IMG/VR virus record: IMGVR_UViG_3300030102_004953
Strand: one strand, 5' to 3'
DNA length: 64,000 nt
Source of the DNA: an uncultured virus (IMG/VR IMGVR_UViG_3300030102_004953)
Taxonomy: Duplodnaviria; Heunggongvirae; Uroviricota; Caudoviricetes
Shown here piece by piece: positions 1 to 10,900 of this stretch (within the stretch, counting starts at the first letter, position 1; each line of letters opens with the position of its first letter). A program made the translations under genes and the position numbers. The notes under the pieces are model-generated. The model did no database searches and was not told the DNA's origin. It saw only the letters and a program-made list of their open reading frames with translations.

Positions 1-1498
1 TAATATCCGCATACACCTCCTCATACCAATAAGATTCATCATCGTAAACCTTATCGGGTCTGTAAAACTCTAACAACTCTTCTACATTCTGTGCTTTAAA
101 AAATAAATTTTGTACTTCATCACTATACTCATCATCGTAATCTCCTTGCCAAGCTGAATCTCTTCCTATATGTTCACTTGCGCCAGGCAAAACTGCTATT
201 ATCTCTTTTATATCAGGACCAGGAGCTACCTCTGAGTAATCCATTAAGTACCAATCTAAACCACCGTGCCAATTTAAATTATCGTGTCCACCATTATGAT
301 GCATCCATATAGGCATCATATCTAAAAAATCTTTTATTCTTAACATCATATGACAACCACGTGTATGGTCTTTTAACACCCAATTACCATCTACATTTTT
401 AACATCGTGTTCAGGACTATTATGATATGAAACCATCCAAATGTAAGGTGATGAATCTAACTTTTCTACACCTGTAGTTAGAGGTTCTCTGATTACCATA
501 TCGTGGTCTATATTCATATAATATTCACAATCATCAAAGAATCCTGTTTCCCAAACTCTATTAGTTCCTAACCTACATCCAAGATTATACGGCATATCCA
601 TAATTTGAATATCTATTTTTTCAGCAGCCTTGTAAGTTAATTCCAAACACTTTTTCTTTTCTTCAACATCAGATGATTGTTCAAGTAAAAATAGTTTATC
701 TCGTTTATCCATTGTTTTTACTAAACTATCAAGAGTTTTCTCAAGGTAATCTGAACGATTGTAACTAAAACAAACTACGCCTACTCTCCTCTTTCTATCT
801 TTTGGCTTTATGTAATCGGTATACCATTTTCTTTCCGTCTTACTTATAATGTAATTACCCATCACTAAGTAATCCATTTGAGTATTTTCAAAACAATCTA
901 TAGCATTTTCAGGTGATTCTACGATAGGTTGTGCGTTGTCATTAAAAGATGTATTTAAAACAACTGGTATGCCTGTTATATTTTTAAATTCGTTTATAAG
1001 TTTCCAATATCTTGGATTAGTTTTTTTAGATACTGTTTGTAATCTGGCGGTTCCGTCTATATGTGTAATAGCTGGTAATCTACTTCTCCACTCGTGTTTT
1101 ACATCGGATATCAATAACATATGAGGACTATCTGTACTATGTGTAAAATACTTATCAGCTTCTTCTTCTAAACAACTTGGTGCAAAAGGGCGATACCATT
1201 CTCTATGTTTTACCGAATCGTTTATTCTATCTTTCATTCTAAAACTTCTAGCATCAGCCAAAATACTTCTATTACCCAATGCACGAGGACCTGTTTCAGA
1301 TGCACCTTGAAACCATCCAACTATATTTTGTTCTGCGATAAGTTTAGCTACTTTTTTATACAATGTTTTTTCTGAACACTTTTCGTATGTCATAATAATA
1401 CCACCAAAACGATCGGTTGTATTACCACAATATTTTTGAATAGCACCCATAATCTGTTCATCAGAGTAAACCATTCCTAAGTAAGCATCTTTTTTCAT
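1..1498 (-). CDS. Carbamoyltransferase C-terminal (YrdC-like) domain fused to a GT2-family glycosyltransferase; 3' end runs off the window
   Basis: Not in the ORF track. Manual translation from ATG 1498: MKKDAYLG...VGWFQGASETGPRALGNRSILAD...KHREWYRPFAPS...HIDGTARLQTV...GIPVVLNTSFN (NodU/CmcH C-domain motifs), then VVCFSYNRSDYLEKTLDSL...NIDHD (GT-A fold with DxD). Confidence 0.88.
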   Translation of the reverse strand, partial: MKKDAYLGMVYSDEQIMGAIQKYCGNTTDRFGGIIMTYEKCSEKTLYKKVAKLIAEQNIVGWFQGASETGPRALGNRSILADARSFRMKDRINDSVKHREWYRPFAPSCLEEEADKYFTHSTDSPHMLLISDVKHEWRSRLPAITHIDGTARLQTVSKKTNPRYWKLINEFKNITGIPVVLNTSFNDNAQPIVESPENAIDCFENTQMDYLVMGNYIISKTERKWYTDYIKPKDRKRRVGVVCFSYNRSDYLEKTLDSLVKTMDKRDKLFLLEQSSDVEEKKKCLELTYKAAEKIDIQIMDMPYNLGCRLGTNRVWETGFFDDCEYYMNIDHDMVIREPLTTGVEKLDSSPYIWMVSYHNSPEHDVKNVDGNWVLKDHTRGCHMMLRIKDFLDMMPIWMHHNGGHDNLNWHGGLDWYLMDYSEVAPGPDIKEIIAVLPGASEHIGRDSAWQGDYDDEYSDEVQNLFFKAQNVEELLEFYRPDKVYDDESYWYEEVYADI

Positions 1499-1549
1499 AT
1501 TAGGTTTCCTATAACCATTACTATATAAATATTATCAAAGATTTTAGAA

Positions 1550-3874
1550 TCAATTATTTTTTGGTAAGAATTGATTCCAATAACCATAGTATGCACATCC
1601 TATAGCTATACCTGTATCATCTGCTGCAGGTATCACGTGTACATTCTTAAATATATTACTATCAGTTATCTTTTGGTTAACTATTGAATTTAAAAAACAA
1701 CCACCAGCTAAATACAAGTTATCACTTGGATTTAATATCTTTGCTTTCCTAACTAAAAACATAATAGCTCTTTCAAATTCTTTTTGAACCCAAAGAGCAA
1801 AGTTTGCCTTATCTTGAAATTCTGAATTTTGTAAATTAATATTATACCAAGTGTTTCTGTAATTGTAAAATCCATTAACATTCCAAGTTGGTAACATTTG
1901 ATTATGATAATTTTTTGGTATATAGAAATCATTATTATCTATAACGATACACTCCTCATACATATACTTCTGTAAGAGTTTTTCATAATACTTACTATCA
2001 TCACCATATGATGTAAGCCCCATCAACTTACCAGCAGAAAATCCATCGTTTCCTATGCCTGTTATTGAACAAGCAATATCATAAAATGCACCCAAAGAAA
2101 ATCCCAATCTATCTTCTTCTTGTTCAAGAAACTGGTGATTATGTTTATATAAGGTTTCAAATTTATTACCTTTTATTCCGTATATCGATGCATTTTCTGA
2201 TTCAGTATTGTTTGTATTTTTAAAGTTTTCTCTTGAGGTTCTCCAACTATAACCAACATCACCACCATTATCAACAATTAAAGAAGTTCCCTCTTCACCA
2301 CCAAAATAATAATATGCCGAATAAGCGTGCATTAAATGGTGTAATCCATAAGTAATTTTATTTATCCCCCAATTAGCATCCTCAAACTTTTTTAGTTGAG
2401 AGTTAACATATCTTGTTCCCCAACCCTCTCCAGCTCCATTGTAAACAATTTTATCTACTTGATGTAAGTCAATATTAGAATTATGTAAAACATATTTTAC
2501 AGCTTGCTTTGGAATTTCATTCTCATTCTTATCGTGTTTTATTCTTGATATTCTCTCTTGTGCTATATTAGTAATAAGTTCACCATTCACACACAAAGCA
2601 GCACTAGCATCGTGTCCTAAATTAATACCTAAACTTATAAAGTTTTCTTGTTTTACCTTTACCTTTTTTGTAAAAGATTCTACCCTATCAACTGCATCAA
2701 ATACCATTTGAGGAGTAATTCTTTTTGTACACTCCCACTTTCTTGAACTCTCACTCATATCTGCTTCATTAGTAAAATCATCCTCTTGATGTTTTGGACA
2801 ATACCAACTATCAAAGTGCCAATCAAGACTTATATCACCCCAACATCCAGTACAGATATCAGAGTTACTTTCTAGTGAAACACGTTCTGTTTTTTCATCG
2901 TGTCCATCAGAGTATTTATGTGTGTGTCCTGTAATCATAATACAACGTTTTCCCAAAGCGTGAGCAACCCAATATAAACCAGAACTTATTCCTATAAAAA
3001 ACTCAGCGTGGTGTATATCAAATACTCTTTCTTCTATAGAAGTATCTGAATCTTTTACTATAACTCCTTTTGGAATTTTAAAACCACGTTCACCATCGTA
3101 TTCCTTAGAACAATATAAAACTTCATATCCTTTCTCTTTAAGATAATCTACTAATAATTGCCAACCCTCAGTTCCATTATAATTCCAAGTTTTTATTCTG
3201 GCAGTAGCTTGTGGTGCTATAGCAACATATGGTTTATCAGTAACCTTTTTAAAATTTTTGTAGACTTTTAACGGAGCTTTTAAGTTAGGTTTGTGTTTTA
3301 ATCCTAAAATACTACTACAAATTTCTTGAAAATGAGTTTTGTCTCTTTTTAACGGTAGATATCTATCAACTTGATTTCCATTTGTTCTTGGAATATCCAT
3401 CGGACCAATATAGTAACTAGCAAAAGAATTTGGAATTGTATCTTTTGGTGAAACAAACGTTATAAACGGATATGCATCTAAGAATAGATTATGATTTACA
3501 GTTAACAAATATAGATTACAATTATGTTTTTTTCTAAACTCCTCAACATATGGAATCCACATTGTAGTGTCTCCCAAATTTTTAGAAATAAAATCTATTA
3601 AAACATCTTTATCTTCTAAATCTAAATCATAATCTACAATTTTATTACCATTTTCATATACTTCAATGTGCCAATCAATATAATATTTCTTAACTCCATT
3701 AATAGTATGTGATTCTGATAAATCAAAATTTATTGATTCTAGCTCAGATTCTTTTTCTCCATATCTAACTTCAATACTATATTCATCATCTAAATTATAT
3801 GTATCGAAGTTTAGCCTAAAAGAATCATTAAAATCAAGATGTATTTTATAAAACCCGTTATCGTATACAACCAT
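1550..3874 (-). CDS. TibC/Aah-like protein O-heptosyltransferase (GT-B) fused to a carbamoyltransferase N-terminal (Kae1-like) domain
   Basis: LGDTTMWIPYVEEFRKKH, KTWN..GWQLLVDYL, FFIGISSGLYWVAHALGK and a Cys cluster CTGC..CPKH..ECTKRI; followed by LGINLGHDASAAL..QERISRIKH, HHLMHAYSAY, VDNGGD, AGKLMGL, LAGGCFLN, PAADDTGIAIG. Confidence 0.82.
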   Translation of the reverse strand: MVVYDNGFYKIHLDFNDSFRLNFDTYNLDDEYSIEVRYGEKESELESINFDLSESHTINGVKKYYIDWHIEVYENGNKIVDYDLDLEDKDVLIDFISKNLGDTTMWIPYVEEFRKKHNCNLYLLTVNHNLFLDAYPFITFVSPKDTIPNSFASYYIGPMDIPRTNGNQVDRYLPLKRDKTHFQEICSSILGLKHKPNLKAPLKVYKNFKKVTDKPYVAIAPQATARIKTWNYNGTEGWQLLVDYLKEKGYEVLYCSKEYDGERGFKIPKGVIVKDSDTSIEERVFDIHHAEFFIGISSGLYWVAHALGKRCIMITGHTHKYSDGHDEKTERVSLESNSDICTGCWGDISLDWHFDSWYCPKHQEDDFTNEADMSESSRKWECTKRITPQMVFDAVDRVESFTKKVKVKQENFISLGINLGHDASAALCVNGELITNIAQERISRIKHDKNENEIPKQAVKYVLHNSNIDLHQVDKIVYNGAGEGWGTRYVNSQLKKFEDANWGINKITYGLHHLMHAYSAYYYFGGEEGTSLIVDNGGDVGYSWRTSRENFKNTNNTESENASIYGIKGNKFETLYKHNHQFLEQEEDRLGFSLGAFYDIACSITGIGNDGFSAGKLMGLTSYGDDSKYYEKLLQKYMYEECIVIDNNDFYIPKNYHNQMLPTWNVNGFYNYRNTWYNINLQNSEFQDKANFALWVQKEFERAIMFLVRKAKILNPSDNLYLAGGCFLNSIVNQKITDSNIFKNVHVIPAADDTGIAIGCAYYGYWNQFLPKNN

Positions 3875-3913
3875 TAAGTAAATCCCTTATTACTATATAT
3901 ATCGTTTTATTTT

Positions 3914-5257
3914 CTATCCTTCTAAAGTTTTTATCCTATTATTAAGGTTAGTCAGCGATTCTGATATTTCTTGAAACGCTTTAGTTAACATAGCAGTTAC
4001 ACCTCTTTCTTGTATGCCTAAAGAGCCTGTATCTACCATATCTACAACCTCTGGTGCACTAGCAGTATAGTGTTGTGCGATAAACCCAATCTCTGCTTTA
4101 TCTGTAGATGAAGCAGTCCACTCTGATTTAGAAACTTCATTTCCAATCATAATAAAACTACTAGCTCTATGTTTAGCACCAAGTTTTGTTTCTAATACAG
4201 ATGCAGTGTAAGGTGTAATTTCTTTTTTCAAATTTTGGTCTGATGATATATTACCCTTATGATAGAATTGTCCGTTACTCTTCCAATAGTGTAGAGTAAC
4301 TCCTGGATTTTGGTCACCTCTAAATTGCCAAGAGTATGGGTTGGAGTTAACATATTGTCTCCAACCACCACCTGAGTTGGAATTATTTGAACTAAATATA
4401 GCAGCGTTATTACCACCTCTAGCATCTACACCTTGATTTTGTGGACCTACATTTAAACCTACTCTAGTAAAGTTAACGTAACTACCTTGAGGTGCTGTTC
4501 CTAAATTATTACTTGGTTGAGAAACTCCTCTTGGACCTTGGTTACCACCACCACCGCCAGGACCTTGGTTACCAGTAGCTCCTGTAGGACCTTTATTACC
4601 TTGAGCTCCTTGAACACCTTGAGGACCTTTAGCACCAGCTGAACCACCTTGATTGTTAGCAGGACCTGTAGCACCTTGACTACCACCTTGATTATTAGCA
4701 CCACCTGTAGCACCTTGAACGCCTTGATTTCCAGTAGGACCTTTAGGACCACTTCGTGGACCTTGGGGACCTTGATTACCAGTAGGACCTTTAGCACCTT
4801 GAAACCCCTGATGACCCGCTGCGCCATCAGGACCTTTAGGACCTTTAGGACCTTGAGCACCACCTTGATTATTTGCTGGACCCGTAGCACCTTGTAATCC
4901 TTGAACACCTGTAGGACCTTTTGTACCATCTCGTGAACCTTGTGGACCTTGATTACCTTGAGGACCTTGGTTACCTGTAGTTCCGTGAAATCCTTGAGCC
5001 CCTTGAGGACCAGTAGAACCTTGTACACCAGTTGGACCAGTATTACCTTTAGCACCTATCGTACCTTGAATACCAAATCCACGAACTACACTACTTCCGT
5101 TGTGCCTGTATAAATCTCCATCACCTGAACTATGTACCACCAAAGATGTTTCAGTACCTGATAGGTTACCAATAGCTGTGTTACTTATATTTGGTACTAC
5201 TAATGGCGCACCTAAAGTTACTGAGCCTGATATTTCTGTAGCTTGTAATACTGCCAT
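3914..5257 (-). CDS. Collagen-like tail fibre with C-terminal intramolecular chaperone (peptidase S74)
   Basis: Long G-X-Y run (GPQ/GAQ/GNQ/GPT), SSDQNLKK autocleavage-type motif, IGFIAQ, C-terminal coiled coil. Confidence 0.85.
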   Translation of the reverse strand: MAVLQATEISGSVTLGAPLVVPNISNTAIGNLSGTETSLVVHSSGDGDLYRHNGSSVVRGFGIQGTIGAKGNTGPTGVQGSTGPQGAQGFHGTTGNQGPQGNQGPQGSRDGTKGPTGVQGLQGATGPANNQGGAQGPKGPKGPDGAAGHQGFQGAKGPTGNQGPQGPRSGPKGPTGNQGVQGATGGANNQGGSQGATGPANNQGGSAGAKGPQGVQGAQGNKGPTGATGNQGPGGGGGNQGPRGVSQPSNNLGTAPQGSYVNFTRVGLNVGPQNQGVDARGGNNAAIFSSNNSNSGGGWRQYVNSNPYSWQFRGDQNPGVTLHYWKSNGQFYHKGNISSDQNLKKEITPYTASVLETKLGAKHRASSFIMIGNEVSKSEWTASSTDKAEIGFIAQHYTASAPEVVDMVDTGSLGIQERGVTAMLTKAFQEISESLTNLNNRIKTLEG

Positions 5258-5261
5258 TTCT

Positions 5262-6605
5262 TTATCCCTCTAAAGTCGCTACACGACTTGAAATTGAACT
5301 AATTGTATCTTTTATTTCTCTTACAGCTTCTAATAAAACTGCATTTACTCCGACATAATTTACTGCCATATAATCTTCAGCACCTAAACTTCCTGTTCCG
5401 TCATTTGTAGCATCTACCAATTCAGGAAACGATAATCTAACATCTTGTGCTATCAAACCAACTTGTCTTGGTTTTTCATCTGTCTGTCCTACAAATCTAA
5501 ATTTCTTTGGTTTTAAGGTGGATAATCTATCCATCATAGAACCTGATACATTTCCGTCTGCTCCTAAACTTCCTGTATATTGTTCTATTTGTACCTTTTT
5601 TCTTTCATCAGAATATCTATTACCAGCTGCGTAAACATTACCACTATTGTTTAAAGCGAATTTTGTTTGCGCACTTATATTATTTAATTGCATACAAGCG
5701 CTGTTTGCTCTACCATTCATACCATAGTTATTAGGTGAATATACTTGAGAGTGATGTACAGCATAATCAGCATCAATCCAACACCTATAAGCACCACCAC
5801 CTGTTTGTGCGTGTCCAACTGCTATGTAAGCAAATTGAGGTGAATCAGTTGTACTACAACCTTGATACGGCCAGCCAGGTGCGCCTTGAACACCTTGAGG
5901 ACCAGGTGAGCCTTGAACACCTTGAGGACCTTGGTTACCAGTATTTCCTGTAGGACCTTTAGCACCTTGGTCACCTGTAGCGCCTTGGAATCCTTGAATT
6001 CCAGCTGGACCAGTAGCACCTTGAAATCCTTGAAATCCTGTTGCACCAGTAGGACCCTTAGCACCTTGAATACCTTGAGCACCAGTTTGATTATTAGCAC
6101 CACCTGTAGAACCTTGAACGCCTTGAGCTCCAGTAGGACCTTTAACACCATCTCGTGGACCTTGGGGACCTTGAGCGCCCGCGTTACCTGGAGCGCCGTG
6201 AAATCCTTGATGACCCGCTGCGCCATCAGGACCTTTAGGACCTTTAGGACCTTGAGCACCACCTTGATTGTTAGCAGGACCTGTAGCACCTTGTACTCCA
6301 ATAGCACCTTGAACACCTTGAGGACCTTGATTACCTTGAGCCCCTTGAACACCTGTAGGACCTTTATCACCTTGAGGACCAGTAGAACCTATAGCACCCT
6401 GCCCACCTTGTTGTGAACTCCAAGCATTACCTGTATATCTATAGAACTGATTATCAGTTGTGTTGTAAATAATAGCACCTTTTGTGGGTGAAGATATCTG
6501 ACCCATTTCGGTATTAGTTACTTTATTAACAACTAAACCAGCGCTGTTTCCATCAGCTGATAATGTAATTCCTGCAATTTGACTATTATTTCTTAATATC
6601 GCCAT
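5262..6605 (-). CDS. Collagen-like tail fibre with C-terminal S74 chaperone
   Basis: N-terminal GAIIYNTT..Y.G.AW domain, G-X-Y run, YSDERKK, VGLIAQDV...FPELV. Confidence 0.85.
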   Translation of the reverse strand: MAILRNNSQIAGITLSADGNSAGLVVNKVTNTEMGQISSPTKGAIIYNTTDNQFYRYTGNAWSSQQGGQGAIGSTGPQGDKGPTGVQGAQGNQGPQGVQGAIGVQGATGPANNQGGAQGPKGPKGPDGAAGHQGFHGAPGNAGAQGPQGPRDGVKGPTGAQGVQGSTGGANNQTGAQGIQGAKGPTGATGFQGFQGATGPAGIQGFQGATGDQGAKGPTGNTGNQGPQGVQGSPGPQGVQGAPGWPYQGCSTTDSPQFAYIAVGHAQTGGGAYRCWIDADYAVHHSQVYSPNNYGMNGRANSACMQLNNISAQTKFALNNSGNVYAAGNRYSDERKKVQIEQYTGSLGADGNVSGSMMDRLSTLKPKKFRFVGQTDEKPRQVGLIAQDVRLSFPELVDATNDGTGSLGAEDYMAVNYVGVNAVLLEAVREIKDTISSISSRVATLEG

Positions 6606-6606
6606 A

Positions 6607-7980
6607 CTATCCCTCTAAAGTAGTTACTCTCGCATTTAAATCATCTAATATAGCTTTACTCTCTGATACAGCTTTTATCAGTATAGCAGCTGCTCCATCA
6701 TAATTGAAACCTAAACTTCCTGAGTATTCTTTATTACCATCGGTTATTTTCTGGTCAGTTGATTTAGTTTCTCCTGGTTTTAATTCACCACGATCTACTA
6801 GCTCGCTAAATTTAGATGCTGTATAATCTTGTGCGATAAATCCTAATCTTTGATGTGAAACATCATTATCAGGAGCGGTATTCCATAAAAAAGTTTTTGG
6901 TTTAAAATCATTTATGTTATTTAATATACTACCAGAATACTCTTCAATATCTTTTTTAATTCTAGCATCAGAAGAACGATTTCCTGAATGGTAATATTGT
7001 CCTATATTGGTAACCCAATGTCTGTTTGCAGGTGATGGGATAGGACCTAAACATTGAATAATATTAGAACCATTACCACCACCATCAACCCTTAAACCAT
7101 TTGGTGTGCTGTTTGCAAAAATAACAGCATCAGTTACAGCTCTAGCTACGTGAAATCTACCACTTGATGGCCAACTATTTGAATTGATAGCGAATCTTAA
7201 AAAGCTTGGTGCATCACCACCACTCATAGATTGATTTGTACTTGAAGGACCTTGTGGACCTTTAGGACCTTGATTACCTTGAGCACCTTTAGGACCAGTA
7301 GAACCTTGAATTCCTTGAGGACCTTGATTACCAGTCGAACCCATTACTCCTTGAGCACCTTTAGCACCACTTCGTGGACCTTGGGCACCTTGAGGACCTT
7401 TAGCACCTTGTCGTGGACCTTGGGGACCTTGGTTACCAGTAGGACCTTTAGCACCTTGAAATCCTTGAAATCCTGTTGCACCAGTAGGACCCTTAGCACC
7501 TTGAACACCTTGAGCTCCACCTTGATTGTTAGCAGGACCTGTAGCACCTTGTACTCCTTGAACACCTGTAGGACCTTTTGTACCATCTCGTGGACCTTGG
7601 GGACCTTGAGCGCCCGCGTTACCTGGAGCACCGTGAAATCCTTGATGTCCAGCTGCACCAGTAGGACCCTTAGCACCATCTGGACCTTTAGCACCTGCTT
7701 GGTTACTATCAGCACCAGTAGGACCTTTGGCACCTTGATTACCTGTTCCACCTTTAGCACCCGTTAAGCCTGTTTGTCCTGTTCTACCTATAGCAGAGGA
7801 CCAAGCATTACCTGTATAAAATTCTACACCACTTGTAGTGTTGTTAAAAATCATAGCACCTGCAGCAGCTTGTAAAGAGTTACGCTGTGTGGTATCATAA
7901 TCTTTAAGAACTAAAGTTTGGTCACGAGAACCTGTAACTGCAAATTTACCAGTAATCTGTGATGATTGTAATACTGCCAT
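6607..7980 (-). CDS. Collagen-like tail fibre with C-terminal S74 chaperone
   Basis: GAMIFNNTT..Y.G.AW domain, G-X-Y run, SSDARIKK, LGFIAQD. Confidence 0.85.
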   Translation of the reverse strand: MAVLQSSQITGKFAVTGSRDQTLVLKDYDTTQRNSLQAAAGAMIFNNTTSGVEFYTGNAWSSAIGRTGQTGLTGAKGGTGNQGAKGPTGADSNQAGAKGPDGAKGPTGAAGHQGFHGAPGNAGAQGPQGPRDGTKGPTGVQGVQGATGPANNQGGAQGVQGAKGPTGATGFQGFQGAKGPTGNQGPQGPRQGAKGPQGAQGPRSGAKGAQGVMGSTGNQGPQGIQGSTGPKGAQGNQGPKGPQGPSSTNQSMSGGDAPSFLRFAINSNSWPSSGRFHVARAVTDAVIFANSTPNGLRVDGGGNGSNIIQCLGPIPSPANRHWVTNIGQYYHSGNRSSDARIKKDIEEYSGSILNNINDFKPKTFLWNTAPDNDVSHQRLGFIAQDYTASKFSELVDRGELKPGETKSTDQKITDGNKEYSGSLGFNYDGAAAILIKAVSESKAILDDLNARVTTLEG

Positions 7981-10900
7981 TTAATTCTTTAAACTCTCAA
8001 TTAATTTGTTTTGTTCTTCAACCTTATCGTTTAATGATTTAACTGCTTCAATCAAAAGTGGAACTATTCTAGTATATGAAACAGATTTTTTATCATCTGA
8101 TAATAAATATGGTTCTACCTTAGAAATTTCTTCAGCTACAACACCGATTGAATGACTTTTATCTGATTTATAATCAAACTCTACACCTCTCATCATCAAC
8201 ACTTTATCCAATCCATTTTGTAGTTGTGATATGTTTTCCTTATATATTTCAGATGAGGATTCTGTTAGTGTACCAGATATCGTACAGTCATCATCAATCG
8301 TAACAGTTCCACCAGCTGAATCGATAGTTAGGTTACCACTTGAAGTATCTATCTCACCATCTGCAGTAACACCAACTTTAACATTACCAGCAGTTACACC
8401 AGCGAATGTTGGGTTAGCATCTGAAGTCATATCTTGACTTACAGTAGCATTATCTTCAACCGTTAATGTTTTTGAAGATGCACTAAATGTAACCGTACCA
8501 TCATTACCATCTCCAACAGTTAAGGATTCATTTAGTGTTAGAGTTCTTTCTGCACCTACTGCGTTGATAATTACGTTATTATTTTGTGTAGTCAAATCTC
8601 CTGCTAATGTAAGTGTGTTACCACCGCCTGATAGTGTTGTGCTATCAGCTACAGTTAGAGTTTTACTTGCCCCACTATAAGTTAATGTTCCTGAATTTCC
8701 ACCACCTATTGTAAAGTCCTCAGTTAGTGTAAGTGTTCTAGCTGCATCAACTGCATTAATAGTTAGGTTATTATTCTGAGTTGTTAGGTTACCAGCTAAA
8801 GTAACAATTTTACCACCTAAATCTGCATTAGCTTGATGAGTTTCTAATCTTCCGAATGAACCCGTTCCAGCCATCGAAGCACTAACGTTAGGTGCGTAGA
8901 AATCAACACTTGAACTCATCGCTGTTAGTGAATGGTCATATTGTAATCTAGCTATATCAGCTTTACCAAATGTTAATCCAGCACCATCAAGTGCCGCACT
9001 TGATTCACTACCACTTCCAACCGTGATGTTTATATCTACAACATCAAGAGCTGAACTTGAAATTATTGTTTGTGAACCTTGAACAGTAAGATTACCAGGT
9101 ATTGTTACATCATTACCTGTAAATGTTGTTCCCTCAACTAAGACACTCGCATTAGTTGATGCGATTGTAAAGTTATTAGAACCGTGGTCTGCTGTCAAGT
9201 TACCTGCAATAGTCATATTTGATGCTAAGTCCACAGTGTTGAAAGCTACATCTGCATCACTTGTTAAATCTTGGTTTACAGCAGAATCATTCTCAACTGT
9301 AAGTGTTTTAGAACCAGCACTATACGTTAGTGTACCAGCGTGTCCACCACCTATTGTGAAATCTTCAGTTAGAGTAAGGGTTCTTTCTGCATCAGCTGCG
9401 TTAATAATAACATTGTTATTTTGAGTTGTTAAATCACCAGCTAATGTAAGTGTGTTACCACCACCTGATAGTGTTGTAGTATCAGCTACAGTTAGAGTTT
9501 TACTTGCTCCACTGTAAGTCAGCGTTCCTGAATTTCCACCTCCTATTGTGAAATCTTCAGTTAACGTTAGAGTTCTAGCCGCATCTGCAGCATTTATTGT
9601 TAAATTATTGTTTTGGGTTGTTAGATTACCAGCTAATGTAACTATCTTTCCTCCGAGACTAGCGTTAGCTTGATGAGTTTGTAATCTACCAAATGAACCA
9701 GTAGATGCTTGTGAACCACTAATTGTTGAATCTGTCTCTATTCTAGCAAACGAACCAGTTGATGTAGCCGAACCACTAACTTTTGTTGCAGTTACATCGA
9801 ATAAATGTACACCAGCATCATCAACCTTGAAGTCTCCACCATCAACGTCTACAATCAAATCTCCAGCTACGTCTATGGTTAAATCACCACTTGATAAATC
9901 AATCTCCGTACCATCTATAGTTATATTGTCTATACTCACACCACCATCTGCAGTTACATCTCCAAAAGTTACACTTGCATCTGAAGTAACATCTTGGTTT
10001 ATTGTTGAGTTATCCTCAACCGTAAGTGTTTTAGATGCCCCACTATATGTTAGTGTACCACTATTTCCATCACCAATCGTGAATGATTCATTCATTGTGA
10101 AAGTGTTTGCTTGTCCAGCTGCAGCTAATACTACATTCTGTCCATCACTAACAGTCAAATCTTCATTTAAAGTTAAAGTTTTATCAGCTGCAAAATCTAT
10201 AGTACCAGCACCCGTTGATGTGGTTAGATTACCAGCTAACGTTAATATTTTACCACCAAAACTAGCATTAGCTTGATGTGTTTGTAGTCTACCAAATGAA
10301 CCTGTAGCACTTTGTGAAGAACTTACATTCGAAACAGTTTCTATTGTAGCAAATGAGCCAGTAGCGGTTTCTGAACCACTAATCTTAGTAGAGGATACAT
10401 CGAACAATGAAACTCCAGCATCATCAATTTTAAAATCTCCACCATCTGCATCTATAATTACATCACCTGCAACATCAATAGTTAAATCACCACTACTTAA
10501 ATCTATTTCAGTTCCGTCTATAGTTATGTTATCTACTTTAACACCACCATCTACTGTAAGAGTTCCTCCAGCTACAGCCACATCATTAGAACTATGTGTA
10601 AATGTTACATCTCCACCATCAAAATTAACTACACCACCACTACCTAAGTGTAAATCATTCCAACCTTTAGTTGAACTACCCAAATCATAAGTTGCATCTG
10701 CATCAGGAACAATATTTGATTTGATTTCACCACCAAGTGTGATATCATCGGTATCGGCATCTCCTATATTGATACTACCACCAAGTGTTAAATCACCTGT
10801 AATTTTTCCACTACCCTCTATATGTAGTGCTGAACCACTTATTGTTGAACCACTAACATCAGCTGCTACACCTGTAGAACCACTTGTAAAGGTAACTCCA

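Noticed and set aside
1499..1549. Frameshift or sequencing error splitting the carbamoyltransferase
   Set aside because: Clean stop, a spacer with its own promoter-like motif, a new ATG, and the break falls at the natural domain boundary.
4228..7767. Alternative-frame and antisense ORFs rich in VLKVLK or RTLST
   Set aside because: Shadows of the collagen G-X-Y codon repeats; no RBS or independent signal.
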